From positions 288,001 to 352,000 of the forward strand of contig CAWGVS010000012.1 of NCBI GenBank assembly GCA_963826115.1: 64,000 nucleotides of DNA. The letters run 5' to 3'. The position numbers were made by a program, and so were the translations under genes. The notes under the pieces are model-generated. The model saw only the letters and a list, made by a program, of their open reading frames with translations. It was not told where the DNA came from and ran no database searches. This document shows positions 27,286-38,289 of this stretch, in pieces. How positions within the stretch are numbered: the stretch's first letter is position 1; the number at the start of each line of letters is the position of its first letter. The stretch comes from an uncultured Candidatus Rokubacteria bacterium. Its GTDB lineage: Bacteria > Methylomirabilota > Methylomirabilia > Rokubacteriales > DASRDR01.

Positions 27286-29109
27286 CTACCGGTGGAGATG
27301 GTAGGGGACGTTCGTGACGACGACGCCCTTCCGGAAGAGGAGGGCGCCCTTGATGAGGAGCGCCGTCTGGTTGTGGAGCAGGTGCTGCCACCAGCGGGCC
27401 GGCACGAACTCGGGAAGGACGATCGTGACCATCTCGTTCGGCGCCTGGCGCTGCAGGAGGTCGAGGTACTCCTGGAGCGGCCCGGTCACGGACCGGTAGG
27501 GCGACCGCAGCACGGCGAGCGGCATCCCGTCCGTGTACCTCGCCCACCGCTCCTCGAACCGGCGCGTCTGCTCGGGGTCCACCTCGACGTAGACGCCGCG
27601 CGCGGTCGGGGACAGGGCCTGCGCGTACTCGAGGGCCGGCAGCGTGCCTCGGTGGACGTCGCCGACCAGCACCAGCACGGCGTGGCCCGCCGGCGGCGGG
27701 CGGGGCACGACACCCTCCACCGAAAGCTGGACCGCCACGTCGTCGTAGTGGCGGCGGATCGTGATGAAGAGCGCGATCATGCAGGGGATCAGGACGACGA
27801 CGATCCAGGCCCCGTGGCTGAACTTCGTCATCCCGATGATGACCGCCACCACGCCGGTGACGAGCGCGCCCGTCCCGTTGACGATCGCGCGCATCGGCCA
27901 GCGGGGCCCGCGGTGGCGAAACCAGTAGCGCACCATGCTGGCCTGCGAGAGCGTGAAGGAAACGAACACACCCAGCGCGTAGAGCGGGATGAGGGCGTGG
28001 GTGTCACCTCGAAACGCCGCCAGGAGCCCGATCGAAAGGAGCGCGAGGATGATGATCCCGTTCGAGAACGCCAGACGGTCGCCGCGGTTCGCAAACTGAC
28101 GCGGGATGAACCGGTCCCGCGCGAGGAACGAGGCGAGCCGCGGAAAGTCCGCAAAGCTCGTGTTGGCGGCCAGGATGAGGATGAGCATCGTCACACCCTG
28201 GATCATGTAGTAGAGCGGAGACTCCCCGAAGACGATGCGGGCGAGCTGGGAGTTCACCGTCTCCCCTTCCACGGGCACGACGCCGAAGGCGTGCGCGAGG
28301 GCCGAGATCCCGAGGAAGAAGACGATCAGGATGCCGCCGAGGGCCAGCAGCACGCGGCGCGCGGTCTGGGACTCCGGGGGTCGGAAGGCCGGCACCCCGT
28401 CGGAGACCGCCTCGATGCCGGTCATGGCGGCGCAGCCCGACGAAAACGCCCGGAGCACGAGGAAGGCCGTGAGGGCCTCGGTGCCGCTGGCGACCGCCGC
28501 CGGCGCCGCGGCCCCGGCGGCGCCCCGGAACCACTGGATGCCGCCCCAGCCGAGCAGGATGGCGTAGGAGCCGAGGAACAGGTAGGTGGGCACCGCGAAC
28601 AATCGCCCCGACTCCCGCACGCCGCGGAGGTTGCCGACCGCGATGACCGCGACACCGATCACGCACAGCGTCACCCGGTAGGGGTAGAGCGGGCGGATCG
28701 CCGACGTGATCGCCGCGATGCCCGCGGCGACGCTCACCGCGACCGTCAGGACATAGTCGACCTGCAGCGCGGCGCCGGCGACCAGGCTCGGGTAGCGGCC
28801 GAGGTTCTCGCGCGTGACGACGTAGGACCCGCCGCCCGTCGGGTACGCGAGGATCGTCTGCCGGTAGGAGCTCACGACGATCGCGATCAGGACGCCGATG
28901 GCGATCGCGATCGGGAAGGCGAGATTCAACGCGGCCGAGCCCGCCAGCATGAGGATCAGCAGGATCTCCTCCGTCGCGTACGCGACCGACGACAGCGCGT
29001 CGGACGCGAAGATCGCGAGGCCGGTCAGCGGGCCGAGCCGCTCGTGCGCCGCGTGCGCCGTGGCGATCGGCGTGCCCAGGAGGATCCGCTTCACATTCTG
29101 GACGGACAT
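27286..29109 (-). CDS. APC-family KimA/YdaO-like K+ transporter, copy 1 (607 aa)
   Basis: FASDALSSVAYATE, DYVLTVAVS, TGIEAVS, IPLYA and LHNQTA motifs. Confidence 0.85.
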   Translation of the reverse strand: MSVQNVKRILLGTPIATAHAAHERLGPLTGLAIFASDALSSVAYATEEILLILMLAGSAALNLAFPIAIAIGVLIAIVVSSYRQTILAYPTGGGSYVVTRENLGRYPSLVAGAALQVDYVLTVAVSVAAGIAAITSAIRPLYPYRVTLCVIGVAVIAVGNLRGVRESGRLFAVPTYLFLGSYAILLGWGGIQWFRGAAGAAAPAAVASGTEALTAFLVLRAFSSGCAAMTGIEAVSDGVPAFRPPESQTARRVLLALGGILIVFFLGISALAHAFGVVPVEGETVNSQLARIVFGESPLYYMIQGVTMLILILAANTSFADFPRLASFLARDRFIPRQFANRGDRLAFSNGIIILALLSIGLLAAFRGDTHALIPLYALGVFVSFTLSQASMVRYWFRHRGPRWPMRAIVNGTGALVTGVVAVIIGMTKFSHGAWIVVVLIPCMIALFITIRRHYDDVAVQLSVEGVVPRPPPAGHAVLVLVGDVHRGTLPALEYAQALSPTARGVYVEVDPEQTRRFEERWARYTDGMPLAVLRSPYRSVTGPLQEYLDLLQRQAPNEMVTIVLPEFVPARWWQHLLHNQTALLIKGALLFRKGVVVTNVPYHLHR

Positions 29110-29118
29110 GGCGAGCCG

Positions 29119-30942
29119 CTACTGCTCCAGGTGGTAGGGAACGTTGGTGACGATGACCCCCTTGCGGAAGAGGAGCGCCCCCTTGATGAGGAGGGCCGTC
29201 TGGTTGTGGAGGAGGTGCTGCCACCAGCGGGCGGGAATGAACTCCGGGAGGATGATCGTGACGAGCTGATCGGAGACCTGCCGCTGAAGGTGGTCGAGGT
29301 ACTCGAGGAGCGGCCCCGCCACCGACCGGTAGGGGGAGCGGAGCACCGCGAGCGGCATCCCGCCCGCGAACCGGCCCCAGCGCTCCTCGACCCGCCGGGT
29401 CTGCTCCGGCGTGATCTCGACGTAGACCCCGCGCGCGTCCTCGGAGAGCGCCCGCGCGTAGCGGACCGCCCGGAGGACGCCCCGATGGACGTCGCCGACC
29501 AGCACGAGCACGGTGTGCGTGGCCAGCGGGGGCTCCACCTCGGCCCCCTCGATCGAGAGCTGGCGCGCCACCTGGTCGTAGTGCCTGCGGACCGTGACGA
29601 ACGCCACCACCAGCGTCGGGATCAGCACGACGACGATCCAGGCCCCGTGCGTGAACTTCGTGACCGCGATGATCACCATGACCAGTCCGGTCGCGGTGGC
29701 GCCGATTCCCTGGACCGCGACCCCCGACACCCACCCCGGCTGGCGGCGTTTGAGCCAGTACCGGACCATGCTCCCCTGCTTCAACGTGAAGGAGAGGAAC
29801 ACCCCGACGGCGTAGAGCGGGATGAGGGCATGCGTGTCGCCGTGGAACACGACGAGGAGGCTCAGGCTGAGGACGGTCAGGATGAGGATGCCGTTCGAGT
29901 AGGCGAGGCGGTCCCCGCGGTTCGCGAACTGGCGCGGGACGAAACCGTCCCGCGCGAGGAACGAAGCGACTCGGGGGAAATCGGCGAAGCTCGTGTTGGC
30001 CGCCAGGACGAGGATGAGGGCGGTGACGGCCTGCACCAGGTAGTACAGCGGCGACTGCCCGAAGACCGCGCGCGCCAGCTGGGAGTTTGTCGTCTCCCCC
30101 GCAACCGGGACGATGTGGGCCATGTGGACCAGGAACGTGATGCCCACGAATAGCACGATCAGGATCACGCCCAGCGCCGCGAGCACCTGGCGGGCGTTCT
30201 GCGCCTCCGGCGTCCGGAAAGCGGGGACGCCGTCGGACACCGCCTCGATCCCGGTGAGAGCCGCGCAGCCCGATGCGAAGGCCCGGAGGGCGAGAAACAG
30301 GGTCAGCGCCTCGAGCCCGCGCGGAGCGACGCCCGCCGGCGGCGGCTCAAGGTCGCCATTGAGCCACCGGACGAACCCCCATCCGATCATCACGAGGTAA
30401 GCGCCGACAAAGAGGTACGTGGGGCCCGCGAAGAGCCGCCCGGCCTCCCGGACCCCGCGCAGGTTGACCACGGCGATCGCCACGACTCCCGCCAGGCACA
30501 GGGTGACGCGGTGGGGGTAGAGCGGGGGGATCGCGGAGGTGATCGCGTCGATCCCCGCCGCCGTGCTCACCGCCACCGTGAGCACGTAGTCGATCAGCAG
30601 CGCGGACCCGGCGACCAGGCTCGGATAGCGGCCGAGGTTCTCGCGGGTGACGACGTAGGCGCCGCCGCCTCGCGGGTAGGCGAGGATCGACTGCCGGAAG
30701 GACGTGACCACGATCGCGACGAGGACGGCGATCGCCAGCGCGATCGGCAGGGACGCGCCGAGCGCCGCGCTGCCGGCCGCGACCAGGACGAGGAGGATCG
30801 CCTCGGTCGCGTACGCGACGGAGGAGAGCGCGTCGGAGGCGAAGACCGCCAGGCCGGTGACGCGGCTGAGCCGCTCGTGCTGGTCGAGGCTGGTCGGGAT
30901 CGGCCGGCCGACGAGGACGCGCTTGATACGCTGGACGGACAT
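29119..30942 (-). CDS. APC-family KimA/YdaO-like K+ transporter, copy 2 (607 aa)
   Basis: Same motifs as copy 1; clearly paralogous. Confidence 0.85.
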   Translation of the reverse strand: MSVQRIKRVLVGRPIPTSLDQHERLSRVTGLAVFASDALSSVAYATEAILLVLVAAGSAALGASLPIALAIAVLVAIVVTSFRQSILAYPRGGGAYVVTRENLGRYPSLVAGSALLIDYVLTVAVSTAAGIDAITSAIPPLYPHRVTLCLAGVVAIAVVNLRGVREAGRLFAGPTYLFVGAYLVMIGWGFVRWLNGDLEPPPAGVAPRGLEALTLFLALRAFASGCAALTGIEAVSDGVPAFRTPEAQNARQVLAALGVILIVLFVGITFLVHMAHIVPVAGETTNSQLARAVFGQSPLYYLVQAVTALILVLAANTSFADFPRVASFLARDGFVPRQFANRGDRLAYSNGILILTVLSLSLLVVFHGDTHALIPLYAVGVFLSFTLKQGSMVRYWLKRRQPGWVSGVAVQGIGATATGLVMVIIAVTKFTHGAWIVVVLIPTLVVAFVTVRRHYDQVARQLSIEGAEVEPPLATHTVLVLVGDVHRGVLRAVRYARALSEDARGVYVEITPEQTRRVEERWGRFAGGMPLAVLRSPYRSVAGPLLEYLDHLQRQVSDQLVTIILPEFIPARWWQHLLHNQTALLIKGALLFRKGVIVTNVPYHLEQ

Positions 30943-31012
30943 CGCGTCAGGCGGGCCCGGCCGGGGGCCGGACCGCCACCGTCACCACGGGTCGCCGGTC
31001 ACGTGGGCCGGA

Positions 31013-32362
31013 TCAGAATCGCTCGCGCCGGGCCAGCGTGGCGAGGTTGTCGAACCGCGTGTACTCCGCATGGAAGACGAGCTCGAGGCGCCCGGTCGGC
31101 CCGTTCCGGTGCTTGCCGATCACGAGGTCCGTCGTCCCGGGCTCGGCCTCGGGGCTGCCCTCCTTGCGGGCCAGGAACATGATCAGGTCCGCGTCCTGCT
31201 CGAGGGCGCCGGACTCGCGGAGGTCCGAAAGGCGCGGGAGGCCCTCGCCCCGCGCCTCGACCGCGCGCGAGAGCTGGGAGAGCGCCACGACCGGGACGTT
31301 GAGCTCCTTGGCGAGCGCCTTCAGGGAGCGAGAGATCTCCGAGATCTCCTGCTGGCGGTTCTCGGCCCGCCACCGACCCTGCATGAGCTGGAGGTAGTCG
31401 ATGACCACCAGCTCCAGCCGGTGCTCCGCCTGGATGCGGCGGGCTTTGGCGCGCGCCTCCAGGACCGAGAGATTCGCGGTGTCGTCGATGAAGAGCGGCG
31501 CGTCGTGGAGGCGCCCCGCGGCACTAACGATTCGGCCAAAATCCGACTGCTGCATGAAGCCCGAACGCACGCTGCGCGAATCCACACGGGCTTCGGAGCA
31601 GATGAGGCGCTGCACCAGCTGCTCCTTGGACATTTCGAGGCTGAAAATCAGGGCCGGTCGGCGCAGGTCCACGGCGGCATGCGCGGCGAGATTCAGCGCG
31701 AAGGCCGTCTTCCCGGTCGACGGGCGCCCGGCGATGATCACGAAGTCGGCGGGCTGGAGTCCCGACGTCAGCTTGTCCAGCTCGGTGAACCCCGTGGCCA
31801 GGCCGGTGATGTCCTGCTTGCGATGGTAGAGCAGCTCGATGTGCTTGATGGCGTCGTCGAGGATCTCGCGGACCGGGAACGCGCTCCGCTGGAAGCGACG
31901 CTGCGAGATCCGGAACAGCATCTGCTCGGCGCGGTCGAGGAGCGCCTGGACGTCGTCCGTCTCCTCGTACCCCTCCTGCACGATCTCGCGGGCCACCCGG
32001 ATCATCTCCCGGAGGAGCGCTTTCTCGCGGACGACGCCGGCGTAGGCCTGGAACTGCGTGGCGACCGTGCCCTCCTCCTGGAGGGTCGCCAGCAGGGTGT
32101 GACCGCCGACCTCCTCGAACACGCCCTCGCGCCTGAGCGCCTCGGCCACGAGGATGACGTCGGGGGACTCGCCTCGCTCGAACAGCTGGATCATGGCCGC
32201 GAAGATCTTCCGGTGCGCCTCCTTGTAGAACTCGTCCGGCACGAGAAGCTCGACGGCGCGCGGCAGGAGCGCCGGCTCGAGCAGGATCGCGCCCAGCACC
32301 GCCCGCTCCGCCTCGAGGCTCTGAGGCGGGACCTTACCGGGCAGCTCGATCGTCGTGGCCAT
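31013..32362 (-). CDS. dnaB: Replicative DNA helicase
   Basis: PPQSLEAE, AGRPSTGKT, FSLEMS, IDYLQL, LSQLSR and DLRESGALEQDAD motifs; no intein. Confidence 0.97.
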   Translation of the reverse strand: MATTIELPGKVPPQSLEAERAVLGAILLEPALLPRAVELLVPDEFYKEAHRKIFAAMIQLFERGESPDVILVAEALRREGVFEEVGGHTLLATLQEEGTVATQFQAYAGVVREKALLREMIRVAREIVQEGYEETDDVQALLDRAEQMLFRISQRRFQRSAFPVREILDDAIKHIELLYHRKQDITGLATGFTELDKLTSGLQPADFVIIAGRPSTGKTAFALNLAAHAAVDLRRPALIFSLEMSKEQLVQRLICSEARVDSRSVRSGFMQQSDFGRIVSAAGRLHDAPLFIDDTANLSVLEARAKARRIQAEHRLELVVIDYLQLMQGRWRAENRQQEISEISRSLKALAKELNVPVVALSQLSRAVEARGEGLPRLSDLRESGALEQDADLIMFLARKEGSPEAEPGTTDLVIGKHRNGPTGRLELVFHAEYTRFDNLATLARRERF

Positions 32363-32386
32363 GGTCGGGCGGCGGCGCGGGCGGGA

Positions 32387-32830
32387 CTACTCGGCCGTGA
32401 CCGAGACCGTCAGCGTGCCCGTGACGTCGCCGTGGAGACGGACCGGCACCTTGTATTCCCCGATGGCCTTGATGGGCTCGTCGAGCTGCACGCGTCGCTT
32501 CTCGACCGTCACCTCGTGCCGCTCGAGGAACTCCACGACGTCCTGCACCGACACCGACCCGTACAGGCGCCCGTCCTCGGAGGCGCGCTCCTTCCGGGCG
32601 AGCGTGAGGCCGTCGATGCGCGCCGCGGTGGCCTTCGCCGCCTCCAGCGCCCGGTGCTCCTCCTTCACGCGCTGCCGCTTGAGGTGCTCGACATTCTTGA
32701 GGTTGGCCTCGGTTGCCGGCACGGCCAGCTTCCGGGGGAGCAGGAAGTTTCGCGCGTACCCGTTGGCCACCTCGCGGGTCTCGCCGCGGTGCCCGAGCGC
32801 GGGCACGTCCGTCATCAGGATCACCTTCAT
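32387..32830 (-). CDS. rplI: 50S ribosomal protein L9
   Basis: MKVIL..DV..LG, GYARNFLLP and LYGSV motifs. Confidence 0.97.
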   Translation of the reverse strand: MKVILMTDVPALGHRGETREVANGYARNFLLPRKLAVPATEANLKNVEHLKRQRVKEEHRALEAAKATAARIDGLTLARKERASEDGRLYGSVSVQDVVEFLERHEVTVEKRRVQLDEPIKAIGEYKVPVRLHGDVTGTLTVSVTAE

Positions 32831-32867
32831 GGTCGTGGTCTCCTAGGGCCGTCCGACCGGGCCCGTC

Positions 32868-33815
32868 TCACCCGGAGGCGGCGGTCGGCGCTTGGCGGAT
32901 CTTGCGGAAGTCGATCCAGAGGTCCGAGAGCCCGACGCACGACACCGCCACCAGCAGGAGCGGCTGCATCGCGAGCAGCCCGAAGCTCACCACCTGGAGG
33001 AGCCGCGGCAGGCCGATGCGCTGGAAGAAGTGACGGAAGACGGCGAGTCCCTGGATCACGTAGAGCGGCATTAGGACGATGAGCAGGTTGAGGCCGGCCG
33101 CTTCCAGGCGCTCCTCGCGCGACGCGAGGAGCACGCCGGCGCCGATTGCGCCCCAGACGAGGTGGTCGGGAACGGCTTCCTGCGCGAACGGGCGGAACCC
33201 GAACCGGCGGCGGAGGCAGAGCCGGGCGATGGCGTAGTTGGCGACGGCGCCGGCGAAGATCCCGAGCGCCAGCATCCCGGGGGCCGCGACCCGGAGCGTG
33301 GCGACGACGAACCGCGCAGCTTCGTTGGCCCAGCTGGCCTCCTGCCCCGGTGGCCCGAGCCGCGCCGGCCACTGCTCGAGCTCGTGCACCTGTGCGGCGA
33401 CCTGCCGCTCCAGATAGGCGATGGGGCCCATGCCGGCCGGGCTCAAGATCCAGAGCAGCACGAGGACGCCCACGAGGTTGGCGAGCGCGGTCTGGAGCGT
33501 CGTCACGGCCACGGGCAGGCGCCGGACGATCCCGAAGCCGAGGGCGGCGCCGGGGAGCACGTACTTCAGCGCCATCACGAGCATGGCCGGCCAGCCCCGG
33601 AGCGTCCCGATGGCCGCCATCGCGACGGCGCCCGCCAGCGCGGCGGCGACGGGGCCGGTGACCGCGAGGGCCAGCGCCACGGGGACCAGGCCGAGGGTGA
33701 TCGCGACCACACCACCCCACCAGCCCCAGGACGACAGGAGCTCGACGCTCGCGAGCCCGAGGCCGCATCCCGCCCCGAGCAGGACCGCCCGCCGTGCATC
33801 CGGGCTCGCGCCCAC
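32868..33815 (-). CDS. DUF2232/YybS membrane protein
   Basis: Polytopic, with QGLAV and GLSDLWIDFR motifs; canonical position between rpsR and rplI. Confidence 0.85.
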   Translation of the reverse strand: MGASPDARRAVLLGAGCGLGLASVELLSSWGWWGGVVAITLGLVPVALALAVTGPVAAALAGAVAMAAIGTLRGWPAMLVMALKYVLPGAALGFGIVRRLPVAVTTLQTALANLVGVLVLLWILSPAGMGPIAYLERQVAAQVHELEQWPARLGPPGQEASWANEAARFVVATLRVAAPGMLALGIFAGAVANYAIARLCLRRRFGFRPFAQEAVPDHLVWGAIGAGVLLASREERLEAAGLNLLIVLMPLYVIQGLAVFRHFFQRIGLPRLLQVVSFGLLAMQPLLLVAVSCVGLSDLWIDFRKIRQAPTAASG

Positions 33816-33824
33816 CTGCGGGTC

Positions 33825-34061
33825 CTACTCGGCGACGTACGGGATGAGCGCGACCGTGCGGAGGCGCTTGAGCGCGGCCGTCAACTGACGCTGGTGCCGC
33901 GCGCAGTTGCCGGAGATGCGGCGCGGGATGATCTTGCCGCGCTCCGTCATGAAGGAGCGGAGGCGTTTGACGTCACGGTAGTCGACGGCCAAGATCTTGT
34001 CGACGCAGAACTTGCACACCTTGCGTCGGCCGAACCGACGCCGCTTCACGGGCTTGACCAA
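33825..34061 (-). CDS. rpsR: 30S ribosomal protein S18 (Zn-binding C+ form)
   Basis: [25 protein letters not shown]; TTG start after SD GAGGAGG. Confidence 0.96.
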   Translation of the reverse strand: MVKPVKRRRFGRRKVCKFCVDKILAVDYRDVKRLRSFMTERGKIIPRRISGNCARHQRQLTAALKRLRTVALIPYVAE

Positions 34062-34123
34062 CTGTTCGCCTCCTCGCTCTTCGCCTCACGTCTTCGTGCG
34101 GAGCGCCACGCTCCGCGGCACCC

Positions 34124-34537
34124 TCAGAACGGTACGTCGTCGGCGCCGCCCGCCGCAGCCTCCTCGACCGGCTCCGCGTCCGGGGAGCCGCCGGGGCCAC
34201 CCGCGCGGCCGCGCCCGAGGAACTGCAGCCGCTCGGCCACAACCTCCACGACGTTCCGCTTCTGCCCGTCCTTGGTCTCCCAGTCCCGGGTCTGGAGCCG
34301 CCCCTCGACGAGAACCGGGCTGCCCTTGTCGAGGTACTGGGCCCCGCTCTCCGCCTGCTTGCCCCACACGACGACCGTGAGGAAGCACGTCTCCTCGCGG
34401 CGCTCTCCACCCTGGGTGGTGTAGGACCGGTTCACCGCGAGCCGGATGTCCGACACCGCGGTGCCGCTCGGTGTGTACCGGAGCTCCGGCGCACGGGTGA
34501 GGTTGCCGATCAGGAAGACCTTGTTCATGCTCGCCAT
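34124..34537 (-). CDS. ssb: Single-stranded DNA-binding protein
   Basis: NKVFLIGNLT..PELRYTPSG, VEGRLQTR and C-terminal DDVPF. Confidence 0.97.
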   Translation of the reverse strand: MASMNKVFLIGNLTRAPELRYTPSGTAVSDIRLAVNRSYTTQGGERREETCFLTVVVWGKQAESGAQYLDKGSPVLVEGRLQTRDWETKDGQKRNVVEVVAERLQFLGRGRAGGPGGSPDAEPVEEAAAGGADDVPF

Positions 34538-34908
34538 CAACCGACCTCGCTCGCCGCCGGGGCCACCGACCCTGCCGGCGCCGCCGCGGCCGCGGCCTCG
34601 ACAGCCGCCAGCCTCCGCCGTCCCTCGACCTGGCGCATCGTCAAGAAGCGGAGCACCGATTCGTTGAGCTTCAGCTGCCGCTCGAATTCGCGGATGGCCG
34701 ACGGCATCGCACGCACCTGGAGGAGCAGGTAGTGCCCCTCCCGCTGCTTGCGCAACTCGAACACCAGCCGGCGGCGGCCCCAGTCCTCGGCGCTCACCAC
34801 CTCGCCGCCCTGGGCGACGAGGGCCTCCTGGATGCGTCCGCTACGCTCGGCGACCTCCTCGTCCGTGAGCCGGGGATCCACGATCAACAACATGTCGTAC
34901 ATGCGCAT
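34537..34908 (-). CDS. rpsF: 30S ribosomal protein S6
   Basis: MR.Y, WG.RRL and VLRF motifs; first gene of the rpsF-ssb-rpsR operon. Confidence 0.93.
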   Translation of the reverse strand: MRMYDMLLIVDPRLTDEEVAERSGRIQEALVAQGGEVVSAEDWGRRRLVFELRKQREGHYLLLQVRAMPSAIREFERQLKLNESVLRFLTMRQVEGRRRLAAVEAAAAAAPAGSVAPAASEVG

Positions 34909-34912
34909 GCCC

Positions 34913-34999
34913 GATCACCTCCTTCCACGTCTCCGACAGCAACGCCCGGAGCAGGCTCGAAAGCGCTTTAGGATACCAGCGGCCTCGGCGGGGGTGCAA
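34913..34999 (-). promoter_or_regulatory. rpsF promoter (TTGCAC-18-TATCCT, extended -10) and hairpin leader with SD AAGGAGGTGATC
   Basis: Motifs read on the minus strand; CTCCG...CGGAG hairpin just before the SD. Confidence 0.5.
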
Positions 35000-35059
35000 G
35001 CGACCGGCCCCACCCGCGCGCGGGGCCGCGACGGGCCGACGCGAACGCGCCGAACGCGC

Positions 35060-35134
35060 GGGCCCCCGGGGTCGTCCCCCGGGGGCCGGCGGATCGGACG
35101 GAATGAGGTCGGGAGGGCGCGGGCCCTCCCGACC
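35060..35134 (-). terminator. Two GC-rich hairpins downstream of groL
   Basis: GGTCGGGAGGGC-GCGG-GCCCTCCCGACC (35107-35134) and GGCCCCCGGGG...CCCCGGGGGCC. Confidence 0.55.
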
Positions 35135-35147
35135 GAGAGGTCGAGGT

Positions 35148-36806
<1,659 letters not shown>

Positions 36807-36826
36807 TCAGTGGCCTGGAGCCGGAG

Positions 36827-37132
36827 CTAGTCGAGGATGCCGAGGACGTCCTCTTCCCGCAGGATGAGGTACTCCTCGCCGTCGATCTTGACCTCGCTGC
36901 CCGAGTACTTGCCGAACAGGATGCGGTCGCCCGCCTTGACGTCGAGCGGGAGCTTCTTGCCCTCGTCGTTCACCTTGCCGTTGCCCACGGCGACGACCTT
37001 GCCCTCCTGGGGCTTTTCCTTGGCGGTATCGGGGATGATGATGCTGCCGTGTCTTTCGTCCGTCTCCTCGAGACGCTTGACGAGGATCCGGTCGTGGAGC
37101 GGGCGAAGCTTGACCTTGGTAGCCGACGGCAT
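36827..37132 (-). CDS. groS: Co-chaperonin GroES
   Basis: [24 protein letters not shown] and KYSGSEV motifs. Confidence 0.98.
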   Translation of the reverse strand: MPSATKVKLRPLHDRILVKRLEETDERHGSIIIPDTAKEKPQEGKVVAVGNGKVNDEGKKLPLDVKAGDRILFGKYSGSEVKIDGEEYLILREEDVLGILD

Positions 37133-37209
37133 GGTCTGTGCCTCCTCCTAAGCGGTGCTGGACCTGGGGTTGTGCAACCGGCGAAGCGCCGGGATGTCAC
37201 CGAGTGCGG

Positions 37210-37236
37210 TTAGCACTCAACTCAAGCGAGTGCTAA
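37210..37236. promoter_or_regulatory. CIRCE element (HrcA operator)
   Basis: Perfect TTAGCACTC-N9-GAGTGCTAA upstream of groS. Confidence 0.95.
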
Positions 37237-37263
37237 TATAGCGGCCGTCCCGTAGCCGGTCAA
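37235..37263 (-). promoter_or_regulatory. sigma70 promoter of groESL
   Basis: TTGACC-17 nt-TATATT on the minus strand, abutting the CIRCE. Confidence 0.75.
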
Positions 37264-37418
37264 GTCCGGGACCCTACCGACCTCAAGCCCGTCCGGATAC
37301 TCGACACATGGCTCAATATTTTCAATGATTTACGTGCATCTCACGCCCGCTGTCGCGGCGCCGACCGACGACCTGGGGGCGGACGGGCGACGGGCCGATC
37401 GGGGTCGGCCCGCGCGCG

Positions 37419-38144
37419 CTACTTCGGCTGGTACACCCAGATCTTCGCGGCGGCGGCGAGCCCGAGCACGACCGTGCGACCGTCTGTCACGGTCGTGATG
37501 GTACCCGCCCACGGCGCGATCTCCTGGACGGTGAGACGGGTATCCGGGCGAACCCCGTTCCGCCAGAGGTGCTCGAGGAGCTTCCGGTCCGCCTCGGCCT
37601 CCTCGGTGATGCGCTCGACCGTGACCGTGTCCCCTTCCCGGGCCTGGTCGAGCGGGAACGGATGGGTGCCCGGCCGCGGCGCCATGCCGGGGATCGGGTT
37701 CCCGTGGGGGCACGTGCTCGGCATCCCGAGGAGCACCGCGAGCCGGTCCTCCACCCGCGGGGACAGCGCGTGCTCGAGCCGGTGCGCCTCCTCGTGGGCG
37801 TCCATCCAGTCGAGCCCGAGGATGTCCGTGAGCCAGCGCTCGAGGAGTCGGTGCCGGCGGGCCATCACCTCGGCCAGCGTGCGCCCCCGCTTCGTGAGGA
37901 CGATGTGCTTCCCGGGCCCGACCCGGAGGTACCCGTCGCGGGCCATTCGCTGGAGGGCCTCGGTGACGGCGGGGGGCGAGACCTTGAGGTGCCGGGCCAG
38001 ACGGGCCCCGATCACCGGGCCGCCGCTGCCCGTCAGGTCGTAGATCCCCTCGAGATAGTCCTCGATGGAGGCCGTGGTCGCCCCGGCCCGGGCGCGGCCG
38101 GCGCCGCCCGTCGACTTGGTTTTTCGGCTTGACACACTCGGCAT
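37419..38144 (-). CDS. DtxR/IdeR/MntR-family metal-dependent repressor with FeoA-like SH3 domain
   Basis: EDYL..IY, LA..L.VSPP.VT, RRHRLLE, HEEAHRLEH and CPHGNPIP motifs. Confidence 0.92.
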   Translation of the reverse strand: MPSVSSRKTKSTGGAGRARAGATTASIEDYLEGIYDLTGSGGPVIGARLARHLKVSPPAVTEALQRMARDGYLRVGPGKHIVLTKRGRTLAEVMARRHRLLERWLTDILGLDWMDAHEEAHRLEHALSPRVEDRLAVLLGMPSTCPHGNPIPGMAPRPGTHPFPLDQAREGDTVTVERITEEAEADRKLLEHLWRNGVRPDTRLTVQEIAPWAGTITTVTDGRTVVLGLAAAAKIWVYQPK

Positions 38145-38145
38145 G

Positions 38146-38159
38146 TTAGGTTTCCCTAA
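38146..38159. promoter_or_regulatory. DtxR/IdeR-like iron box
   Basis: TTAGG-TTTC-CCTAA palindrome between the divergent regulator and the Fe ABC transporter. Confidence 0.7.
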
Positions 38160-38289
38160 TGTCCATCGGCAGAGGGCCTTCGAAATTATAGCCACGAGCC
38201 CCCGCACGGCGCAACCGCGCCTGGCGGCGATCCCGGCGCGACGGGGGCCCGGGGCCGGACACCTCGCGATCAGGCACAAGGAGGAGCGT

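Noticed and set aside
30943-31012. c-di-AMP (ydaO) riboswitch upstream of the KimA-like genes
   Set aside because: Gap is only 70 nt and lacks the motif
37320-37332. IHF-like site TTTCAATGATTTA upstream of the groESL promoter
   Set aside because: Imperfect match to a degenerate consensus; cannot be supported alone
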